NCBI GenBank assembly: GCA_003427395.1
Contig: BFEA01000018.1
Coordinates: forward strand, 5,434,290 to 5,498,289
DNA: 64,000 nucleotides
Direction of reading: 5' to 3'
Source: Chara braunii
Lineage: Eukaryota > Plantae > Charophyceae
Notes under the pieces: model-generated
What the model saw: the letters and a program-made list of their open reading frames with translations, nothing else
Databases searched by the model: none
What the model was told of the DNA's origin: nothing
Program-made: the position numbers and the translations under genes
In this document: one piece after another, positions 28,471 through 38,094 of the stretch
Layout of the letters: each line of letters opens with the position of its first letter
Numbering within the stretch: position 1 is the stretch's first letter

Positions 28471-29662
28471 CTATGTATCCCCTCGGACGCAGTCGAGTTC
28501 GGCCATGGCCGCGACCGTCGGCTGTGGTCGGGACCCCTCCGGTCATGGCCGCTCCGGTCACGAACTTTCGGTCGAGGCTGTGGCCGATCAGGGGGGGGGG
28601 TTGGAGGGTGGGGAGAGGGTTTCGAGTCGAGGGGGGCTCCCCTACCCCCTCGCAAAAAAAAAAANNNNNNNNNNNNNNNNNNNNNNNNNNNNNNNNNNNN
28701 NNNNNNNNNNNNNNNNNNNNNNNNNNNNNNNNNNNNNNNNNNNNNNNNNNNNNNNNNNNNNNNNNNNNNNNNNNNNNNNNNNNNNNNNNNNNNNNNNNNN
28801 NNNNNNNNNNNNNNNNNNNNNNNNNNNNNNNNNNNNNNNNNNNNNNNNNNNNNNNNNNNNNNNNNNNNNNNNNNNNNNNNNNNNNNNNNNNNNNNNNNNN
28901 NNNNNNNNNNNNNNNNNNNNNNNNNNNNNNNNNNNNNNNNNNNNNNNNNNNNNNNNNNNNNNNNNNNNNNNNNNNNNNNNNNNNNNNNNNNNNNNNNNNN
29001 NNNNNNNNNNNNNNNNNNNNNNNNNNNNNNNNNNNNNNNNNNNNNNNNNNNNNNNNNNNNNNNNNNNNNNNNNNNNNNNNNNNNNNNNNNNNNNNNNNNN
29101 NNNNNNNNNNNNNNNNNNNNNNNNNNNNNNNNNNNNNNNNNNNNNNNNNNNNNNNNNNNNNNNNNNNNNNNNNNNNNNNNNNNNNNNNNNNNNNNNNNNN
29201 NNNNNNNNNNNNNNNNNNNNNNNNNNNNNNNNNNNNNNNNNNNNNNNNNNNNNNNNNNNNNNNNNNNNNNNNNNNNNNNNNNNNNNNNNNNNNNNNNNNN
29301 NNNNNNNNNNNNNNNNNNNNNNNNNNNNNNNNNNNNNNNNNNNNNNNNNNNNNNNNNNNNNNNNNNNNNNNNNNNNNNNNNNNNNNNNNNNNNNNNNNNN
29401 NNNNNNNNNNNNNNNNTTTTTTTTTTTTTTTTTTTTTTTATGCAATAAAAAACAACAATGCCCCCCCAAAAAATATGGGCGTGCAGGGATTTTTCAGCCC
29501 TACACGCCCATTTGTTTGTTTGTTTTTTTGCGCTAAAATATGGAAAAAAAAATGTTGCACCAAACTTGGCTGGTCGGCCGTGGTCGAACCTGACCGATTC
29601 GGCCGTCGGCCATGACCGTGTCCGATTTTTCATCCCCGGCCATGACCGGGCGTGCAACATAG
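28471..29662. mobile_element. Non-autonomous TIR DNA transposon with 8-bp TSD (hAT-like)
   Basis: TSD CTTCTAGG (28463-28470 and 29663-29670); termini CTATGT...ACATAG; subterminal CGGCCATG/GACCG repeats. Contains an N-gap. Confidence 0.8.
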
Positions 29663-29941
29663 CTTCTAGGGGTAGCCCCTGTTCCACGGCCGTGACCATA
29701 TTCGCGGTCATTTCCCCTTTCTTTCCTTTTCCTCTCTTCTTCTTCTTCTTTCTACCCCCCGTATCTTCTCTAAACCTGCGGCCACGTACGTGGCCGTTAC
29801 TTACCCCTTTTTTTTCCCTGAAAGGGGCAGCTCGTTTTTTAAAACGAGCTGCCTCCCTATCACAAGTCATTTCACAGAATTGAACTAGAGCCAAGTTCAA
29901 AGGGCTGAATAGGCGTTTGATATAGGTGTGTGGCTTAGAAA

Positions 29942-30011
<70 letters not shown>

Positions 30012-30189
30012 GCATCCCGACGATCGCGGTCGTTGTCAGCTATGGGCAAGCTGTCGGGACAGCCCCAATGTGACGTGTGCAGAGAGTCTCACGTAACTCA
30101 AGCACCAGGCTTCAAACTCATGCCCTGAATCTAGCCACGTTTCCGTAGCAGATTCGTTCGACTTTGCACATCCTATCGCTAAGATGGCA

Positions 30190-30247
30190 GCCTGTTCGTT
30201 TTTGACGAACGAGCACTCTATTAATTTCACAAATAAATCTAAAGAAC

Positions 30248-30283
<36 letters not shown>

Positions 30284-30775
30284 AAGAAAGAAACAAAAAA
30301 ACTTACCCAAAAAAAGAAGTGGCAGCCCGTTAAAACGGGCACCTTCTACCACTCATGGGGACCTTAAGTCCCCATCAGTTCTCTTCGCACCAGATGGCGC
30401 GTGAATTGTTTTAGTTTTTTTTTTTTTTTTTTTTTTTACTTTGCCCGTTCGTTTGAAATGAACGGTGCTTAGTCCAATTGTCCAATGCCTAAAGAACAAA
30501 AGGAAAGAAAGAAAAAAANAAAAANAAAAAAAACAAAATCTAAAGAAAGAAATCTATTAAAAAATCAAAAAAAAATCTAACAACATAAAAACAAAAAACC
30601 AAAGAGGACTTACCTAAAAAAAACGGTCGCCCGTCTCCATGGGCGACTGCTTGGTGTACTGGGGCTGAAAAACCCCAGTCACTTCAAGGTGCGCCACCTG
30701 GCGCGTCACTTTCAATTTTTAATTTTTAATTTTTTTATTTTTTTTTCAAATCCCTGTTGGCATCGGCCAACGGTC
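30190..30775. repeat. Two diverged tandem ~300-bp units of conserved hairpins and A/T tracts
   Basis: Both units have the same order: CGTTCG hairpin, A-rich tract, ACTTACC, GCCC..GGGC, TGGGG..CCCCA, GC.CCA..TGGCGCGT, T tract. Confidence 0.7.
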
Positions 30776-30848
30776 ACTTCGCGTCGTGGTTTACCCACGA
30801 ACCGTGGAAATACAGACCCAGGTTCGATCCCAGTTGGGATCGAAACAG

Positions 30849-30907
30849 AATAATCAGACCGTTTCTCAATTTATGCATGTCATCCTTGCGCATGGACCAT
30901 GCCCAAT
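30849..30907 (-). ncRNA. U6: U6 snRNA 3'-half fragment
   Basis: Minus strand reads GCATGGTCCATGCGCAAGGATGACATGCATAAATTGAGAAACGGTCTGATTATT versus plant U6 GCATGGCCCCTGCGCAAGGATGACACGCATAAATCGAGAAATGGTCCAAATTTT. Confidence 0.85.
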
Positions 30908-31660
30908 ACAGTGCGGCAGATTTCCGCTGCATGATCTTGATGATCATACGACCGAAATCGGCCGCGACCGTCTGCTTTACGGACGACTGCTCCAAAAGGA
31001 GTCAGCCCAGCGGTGCATGTCTAATTTAATCCCCGCATCTGCGGGGTAAGATTCTAATATGCTAACCTACTGGGTTGGCTCCTACTACGAGAGTAGTAGG
31101 AGCATCGCTTCTATAAGAAGAGCTCAATCCAGCCACCTCTCCTGCCTGCATCATAGCAGGCACTGCCTGCTCGAACCCCTCCCCCTCTGTGGCCTTGCAG
31201 ACCCTGCCTGCTCGTGGCCCTGAACGCCCTGCCTGCCTAAGGCCTTGCAGGCTCCACCTGCTTGTGGCCTTCCTTTTCCGTGACCGACTACCTATCGATA
31301 GCCTAGGAGACCACCCATTTCCAGCACGACCCTTCGTTTAGCCTACTTAGGCTCTGAATCGCGCGGCTGCGACATTAGTTTAGGTAGAATAGGTCTAGTT
31401 TTAGTGTTCCCATGTCCACTTGCTTCTGCGGCTTCGACAAAAACGAAGCATTGCCGATTACTGTCCTTACTTTCGGATGCTACATGCAGCTGGACTAAAG
31501 TTTGAACTTTTAGTCTCTCAGTCATAGACCAGGTCTGAGTAAACTTCTGGCAAACGTCAGTCTCATCAAGTCCTTCAAAAAAAATCGAACAGTGTATGAC
31601 TTTCAAAAAAAAAAACCGGCAAATACCCTTGTGGGGTTTTTGCCCCGATAGCGGCACTTC
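30849..31660. repeat. Hairpin-rich, U6-associated interspersed repeat, copy 1
   Basis: Blocks are shared with 36114-36430 and 42800-43290, e.g. GCGGC.GAT..CCGAAATCGG, CTACTGGGTT.GCTCCT, TTTAGCCT.CTTAG..CTGAATCGCG.GGCTG, TTTTAGTCTCTC, TCTCATCAAGTCCTTCAA and the GGCA.ATACCCTTGT hairpin. Confidence 0.75.
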
Positions 31661-32099
31661 ATCAGGAGGCAGATTTGCAACATGCCTACACTCCTCAAAG
31701 ATTTTTTTGCCATCTGCATCCTCCACAATATCATGATCAGTTAGAGGGTTGANGTTGACCCCTATGCACTATCTGTCGAGNGTGACAGTGACAGTCCAGA
31801 TGCGATTGGCCGTCNTCGGCAACGACGTATGAGGCANGCACGAGCCATACGCCATCCTCCTCTTCTAGGGAGGATGCAGCGTGTGCTCTAGAGCTTGNCA
31901 AGGAGTNGAGGGAGAGCCTGATNGGACACCTGTTGCGTGANACTCATGTGCACGGNACTCCTAGACCAAACCNTTGGCAGATGTGATGGTTTNTGAAATT
32001 TTANTGTATTTTATTTGAATTTTTGTNTTCATCGTTTCAATTATTCCCTCGTGCTTTTTTCAGTACCGGGTTTGGGGATGTCGAAGTAACAATTCACCA

Positions 32100-32185
<86 letters not shown>

Positions 32186-32216
32186 ATCTCTCTGTCTCTC
32201 TCTCTCTCTCTCTCTC

Positions 32217-32248
32217 CTGTCTCTTATACACATCTAGATGTGTATAAG
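32217..32248. other. Assembly artefact: Nextera mate-pair junction adapter (Tn5 mosaic ends)
   Basis: CTGTCTCTTATACACATCT-AGATGTGTATAAG at a contig end, next to an N gap. Confidence 0.98.
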
Positions 32249-33182
32249 NNNNNNNNNNNNNNNNNNNNNNNNNNNNNNNNNNNNNNNNNNNNNNNNNNNN
32301 NNNNNNNNNNNNNNNNNNNNNNNNNNNNNNNNNNNNNNNNNNNNNNNNNNNNNNNNNNNNNNNNNNNNNNNNNNNNNNNNNNNNNNNNNNNNNNNNNNNN
32401 NNNNNNNNNNNNNNNNNNNNNNNNNNNNNNNNNNNNNNNNNNNNNNNNNNNNNNNNNNNNNNNNNNNNNNNNNNNNNNNNNNNNNNNNNNNNNNNNNNNN
32501 NNNNNNNNNNNNNNNNNNNNNNNNNNNNNNNNNNNNNNNNNNNNNNNNNNNNNNNNNNNNNNNNNNNNNNNNNNNNNNNNNNNNNNNNNNNNNNNNNNNN
32601 NNNNNNNNNNNNNNNNNNNNNNNNNNNNNNNNNNNNNNNNNNNNNNNNNNNNNNNNNNNNNNNNNNNNNNNNNNNNNNNNNNNNNNNNNNNNNNNNNNNN
32701 NNNNNNNNNNNNNNNNNNNNNNNNNNNNNNNNNNNNNNNNNNNNNNNNNNNNNNNNNNNNNNNNNNNNNNNNNNNNNNNNNNNNNNNNNNNNNNNNNNNN
32801 NNNNNNNNNNNNNNNNNNNNNNNNNNNNNNNNNNNNNNNNNNNNNNNNNNNNNNNNNNNNNNNNNNNNNNNNNNNNNNNNNNNNNNNNNNNNNNNNNNNN
32901 NNNNNNNNNNNNNNNNNNNNNNNNNNNNNNNNNNNNNNNNNACACGCACAGGCAGACACGTAAGGACACTTCTGCGCATGGCAGCGCATATGTGTGTGCA
33001 TGTGCGGTGTGTGGTTACATGTCTGCCTGTGTATGGTGGGCGTCCAACAAACCCTTGGCAGATGTGATGATTTTACAATTTTTTGTGTGTTTTTTATTTT
33101 ACAGTATTTAATTATAATTGCAATTATTTGCTTGGGTCTTTTCCTTACCAGCTTCAGGGATAACGGAGTTCAAATTCTTTTG

Positions 33183-33278
<96 letters not shown>

Positions 33279-33394
33279 TGCTTAGGACACACTATGTGCT
33301 TAGGACCTTGATCTCTATTTATTTTTATTTAACTTTGTGAGATAGGACCCTGATCGTTTTTTTTTTTAATTTAACTCTGTGAGCTGGGCACTAT

Positions 33395-33858
33395 GGGGCT
33401 CGTTCGACACTCCTTGGGGCGTCCTCGGGGCCCAAGGAAGTTTCCTTGGGGGTTTTCAAGGAAATTCCCGCCATCGTTCCACCTGTCCTCGGGGACGTCG
33501 CACGAGGACATTTCCTTCGAACCATGTCAGACAAGAAAAAAGAAAAGAAAAAAGAAATCAAATGTGTTTGAGGCCTCCAGCCAATAGGGTGCCGCCACGA
33601 TCCAGATTCTCAGTTGTAACGTCTCTCTACCCATGTGCCCGCTCCTCTCCGTGAAAAGTGGATTCCTTTTGCCCAAGGGACCTCGGACCTCACGAGGTCC
33701 CTTGGGCAAAAGGAAGAAATGGCTGGGGAATCCTTGGAGCCCACGGAATTTCCTTCGGAGTGTTTTCATTTTTTTTTGGCCGACTGCATCCCCGAAGATA
33801 GGTGGAACGAACAATTACTCGGGGACTTTACGTGCCCGAGGAGTGTCGAACGAGCCCC
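33395..33858. mobile_element. Tourist-like (PIF/Harbinger) MITE
   Basis: Perfect 20-bp TIR GGGGCTCGTTCGACACTCCT; 3-bp TSD TAT. Confidence 0.88.
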
Positions 33859-36113
33859 TATGCCCTTTTAATACCATCATTAGCTGATATGGTGGGGTTG
33901 CTGATAGGAGCACACACTCCACCCTATTCTCAAATCCTCAAAAAGTTGTCAGATCTGACATGGCATGCCATCCTTGAAAATCAAGGACAACACAGGCATT
34001 TCCACCCTATAAGGTTAGTAGAAACTCAAGGTACCTCAGGGGAGGAAAGGTACCTTGAGTTTCTTTTTTTTCCTTTTTTTTTTTCTTTTTTTTTAAGCTC
34101 AGGTTGTGGTAGAGTTCAGATTCTGGACATATGACAGTCACCTTCAGGAATCGGCCATGTTGCTAACCCGATGTCTATAGAGGACCCTATTCCTATGATA
34201 CTCCCTCCCGACCTACCACACTCGTAATTGCTTCCGGCACACCCCGACTCCCACAATCTACCTCAATGTCTACCACTCAGGATTGTCACCCTCCAGTTAT
34301 CTCAACGGGGGGCACCTGACCGGACAGCGGTCGTAGGTACCAGGGCTAAGCAGAGCCCCACTTACCCTACTCAGCCCTGATAAAGGTACCTTGAGTTTCA
34401 AGTCGCATCCTACAACTCAAGGTACCTCCAGGGGTAAGGGTACATTGACCTTCAAGTGCAGAAAAACGGCCCTGTCGGCCACCATGTTCCTCATTTTCCG
34501 CCCAGGCTTGGACTTGAGCTCAGGGTATGTGGGAGTCTGATTATTCACAAAGGTGATCTATTTTTGTTAAAAAAAAGAACAAAGAAAAAAAAAGGGGCCC
34601 AGTGCCTAAGGCTGATATTACAGGTAATACAAGGATAGTTTTCAAGAACTGACTGGAACAAAAGAAAAGAGTAAGGTCAGCAAAAATCCTCTAACACGAT
34701 GGAGAAGGGAGCCGCGTGGAAAAGTGCGTTAGCGTTGAAACGGCGACAGCGGCAGTGGCGGCGCCCGGTTGTCTGTGGCGGCTGAGTAGAGCGCAGCGTC
34801 TGAGCATGTCGGTGTTGATCCTCCCGTGATGCGCCTACCCTGCCAGGCACCACAGCTGTGTGAGAGCCATGGCGGATAGTGTCTTGCTGTAGCCTAGCCC
34901 TTGAGTGGGATGGGGAGTGCCTTTGCGCTCTTACACCAGGGCATCCTGCCAGCCCTGTACTGGACCTTCATACCATACCAAATCCTCATACCTGATGAGA
35001 TCCCGACACCAGAGGAGCCGTCCTCTCCTCAAGCCTCAAGCTCGAAAGGGGGGGCTCCTTTCTCACCACCCAAGAGGAGTGTGGTTCACCTCCACTCACC
35101 TCTTCACGCCAGGATGGCAGCAGCATCAGCGGAAGCAGTGGGAGGGCTTTCGTTGGCGGTGGGAGTGCTACCGACACTGCAAAAGATACAGGCAGATACA
35201 CTCTACATTTGGCTGTACTGATGATTCCATCTTTCACCTCTGCTGAGAGGACTCTCCAAGGTGGATAAATCAACTTTTGTGATCAACTATATGAAGATTG
35301 GCAGCAGCATGGTGGAAGCAGTGGGAGAGCTTGCTCAGCGCTGCTGTGCATTAGTCGTATTTTAGGGTACCGCCATTCCTTGGTATGTTGTTGTTCCCTG
35401 AATTCCGTGAGAAATGAAACTCGTATTGTTCCTTTCGGTTCTGCTACATGCATCGCCGTAACGGTTAGCGTTTTGTATTTAGAAATACGAACAGTTCGGA
35501 CATAGTAATGGGCTATAGTATTGTGGGTGTGTAGGATTTTGGTTTATATTGGTTTAAATTTGAGGTTGAAATGTTTGCAGTGGTTTAGGGTTAAACTCAT
35601 GGGACTGCCAGTAGTAGTGCCTCGAGGAGCAGTGAGAGTGCGACAAGAGGCAGTGGGAGCTTTACTGGTTTGGTGATAAGAGAGACCTGGTAAATAGCAA
35701 ACTCGAGTTGTATCCATTGGGTGCGTGGTGGGAAACCCGTCTAGGCAACTCAGGCTCAACAAGTGTGTTTTGGGACAGTGATGATGGGCCTTGACACTGT
35801 TGACGGACTTGTTGCTATCTGTTTGGACTTCGAGAAGGGTGGGGTTATCTATATTTGTGGCTGTATTCACTATGGATTTCGGTAGTAAACATTGGCCTCG
35901 TTTTCTAGTTGTTTTCTAGGGCCACTGGGCTAATATAATTTCCGTGCTGCTGTCTTTCAGCCGTATTTTAGGGCACCGCTGAATTTCGTCGGAAGTGAAA
36001 TTTGTATTGTTCCTTTTGGTACTGTTACATGCATCGCCTTAGTGTTTCGTATTTAGAAACATGTTGTCGAGCGCATCAGCTCCCGCCTTTTCGCAAAGTG
36101 TGGGAGCCCTCCC

Positions 36114-36130
36114 GGCCATGTTAATCTTCT
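36114..36130 (-). other. 17-nt U6 core remnant (AGAAGATTAaCATGGCC)
   Basis: 16/17 match to U6 AGAAGATTAGCATGGCC. It sits next to the same hairpin as the U6 fragment at 30.9 kb. Confidence 0.6.
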
Positions 36131-36430
36131 ACGCGGCTGATACTCGGCCGCGTGATCCTAGTGACCACGCGGCCGAAATCGGACGCGCTGAAGAGTCCCA
36201 ACCACGGCCAGCTCCCAAAAAGGAGCTAACACCAGTGAGGTCTCACTTCCCACATCTGTGGCATGACAGTCTCAGACTGATGCATTAGCCTACTGGGTTA
36301 GCTCCTTTCACGGAACCTATAAGGGCAGCCCTTGTACTTGAAGGGCTTCACCCAGTAGGCCGTGTGCGGTATGGCATGCCCTACCTGTCTCACCTCTGTT
36401 CCCGACCAGCCGTCTGCCTACGGCTTGGGG
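36114..36430. repeat. U6-associated repeat, copy 2, first part (split by LINE B)
   Basis: Colinear hairpins homologous to 30913-31250. Confidence 0.7.
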
Positions 36431-36712
36431 AGGGACTCCATCCGCCAGGTCGAAGTGTCCGGCACTCCAACCCTTGCTGCGGACCAGGACCTAAATGGGG
36501 ATGTTCAAATGGGGGTTCAAGGGACCACAGGAGCAACGGAGGGCAAAATGGTAGAAGGGGTCCTCCAATTGGAACCCCACCACCTCTCACACCAAACCCA
36601 GGAGAGTACAGTCCAGCCCACAACGACGAAACCGCAGGCGGACAAGCACCAGGCGGTGGACCGATCTGTTAGACAAAAACTGAAATTTTTGACCAACGAG
36701 ATCCTGCTCTGA

Positions 36713-38038
36713 ATGTTATTCCACAATTACATACCAGGCCAACTCTCCATCTCTCCACTGCATTTGGAAAAAGTCAGAAAGCAGCTCATGCGCTGCCACA
36801 GGATCAAATCGATTGTCCAAAACTATCTATCGACAGATTCGATCAACTGGGCGGAAGTGGGCAGAGAACTCATTTACACAGTTGATGCTTTTAGAACTGC
36901 AATAGCCACATATACAATGGACATCTGCCAAATCCAGCAAGACCAGGACACGAGTACGAGCCAGGATGATGGCCCTCAGAGGATGAACGAAGACTTCTGC
37001 TTTCACGGCATCTCCTGGCCAGCGAAGCTGGTACAAGAACTACAGCACCTCACACTCCAGCCGGACCCACAGGCAGACCTACGAGCGGGACCACAAGAGG
37101 TACACAGACCAAACGACTCCCTGCAGATTCAGACAAGGTCCTCCACAATCCTCATGTCCTCGAAAGACATACACAGCCAATTGGGACAGTTGGTGGACGC
37201 AATACCGGAACCAGATCTGGACTCGGACTTTGATTCCGACTCAGACCAGGATGACCCTCCGACAGACCGTCCGGTATTCCTGCGCCACCAGCCAACCCTT
37301 CAATCGGAGTTGCCGACTGTGCAAAAGAAGTTGCAGCTCACAGGAAGGGGGCAGGCGTCACCACACGAGTCAACGTTCCCAGTGGACAGGGCGTCTGCGC
37401 CCCCCCCCTCAGTACCTGATATAGTGGTAATAGACCTCTCCGAGGATGCGACAAGCGACGACGAATCCAAGCAACCCCCTCAAACGACTGAGGACTACTC
37501 ACACCGCAAAACAAAGGGTAACTTAAACACCCTGTTATCCTCAGCAGGCGCAGTGCACTTGAACAGGCAACTGACCACAGGGACGCTGATCCTGCCACTC
37601 AAAAGGCCCTCTCCAAACGGAAAGTGGCAGCTGGGCCTTCACAACCAAACTGGCAAATTCGAAGACTATCAGACAGAATCAACGTCGGGATACTCGAGCC
37701 TTCAAGGACTCACTTTGGAGGGCTGGAGAGGCTCCCGGTCCACTGCTGAGGCAGTGAATAAAATTAGAACCCATGTCAAAGAGAAAGGGGACACCGGAGT
37801 CTTGGGAATGGTACTTCCCAAAGATATGTCTTTCCCCTCAAACCTCACACCCATCTTACTTCTCTTTGACCCAGATCAGAACAACAAAGACAACTCCTTG
37901 ACTTGGCTCTCACAAGAGCAACTGCTGAACACAGCAAAGGCAAGGATTAAAACAAACGCGACATGGACTGCAACGCAAATTCTCAAATTTATCCAAATCA
38001 TCCTGGAAGAGGATTTTCTGGGTGCTCACAACCAATGA
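36713..38038 (+). CDS. LINE B pre-ORF2 reading frame (ORF1 C-terminal part or unknown domain)
   Basis: 441-codon open frame immediately upstream of the RT ORF, in frame with 36362-36712 across a single stop. No motif recognised with certainty. Confidence 0.55.
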   Translation: MLFHNYIPGQLSISPLHLEKVRKQLMRCHRIKSIVQNYLSTDSINWAEVGRELIYTVDAFRTAIATYTMDICQIQQDQDTSTSQDDGPQRMNEDFCFHGISWPAKLVQELQHLTLQPDPQADLRAGPQEVHRPNDSLQIQTRSSTILMSSKDIHSQLGQLVDAIPEPDLDSDFDSDSDQDDPPTDRPVFLRHQPTLQSELPTVQKKLQLTGRGQASPHESTFPVDRASAPPPSVPDIVVIDLSEDATSDDESKQPPQTTEDYSHRKTKGNLNTLLSSAGAVHLNRQLTTGTLILPLKRPSPNGKWQLGLHNQTGKFEDYQTESTSGYSSLQGLTLEGWRGSRSTAEAVNKIRTHVKEKGDTGVLGMVLPKDMSFPSNLTPILLLFDPDQNNKDNSLTWLSQEQLLNTAKARIKTNATWTATQILKFIQIILEEDFLGAHNQ

Positions 38039-38094
38039 GATGATGTACCTTTCCTTCTCCCACTGGAACAGTCCATTAAATAATAAGCCTACCG

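Noticed and set aside
28137-29900. Long ORFs spanning N-gaps (also 16375, 32099, 41746, 50610, 58721)
   Set aside because: They are open only because of N runs.
32217-32248. Tn5/IS50 element
   Set aside because: It is a library adapter; no transposase is present.
36133-36186. Hammerhead ribozyme (CTGAT..stem..GAAA)
   Set aside because: The core reads CTGATAC rather than CTGANGA, and it is not conserved in the 30913 copy.
36248-36257. Plant snRNA USE promoter element TCCCACATC
   Set aside because: It is on the wrong strand relative to U6, has no TATA, and is part of a hairpin that varies in the other copy.
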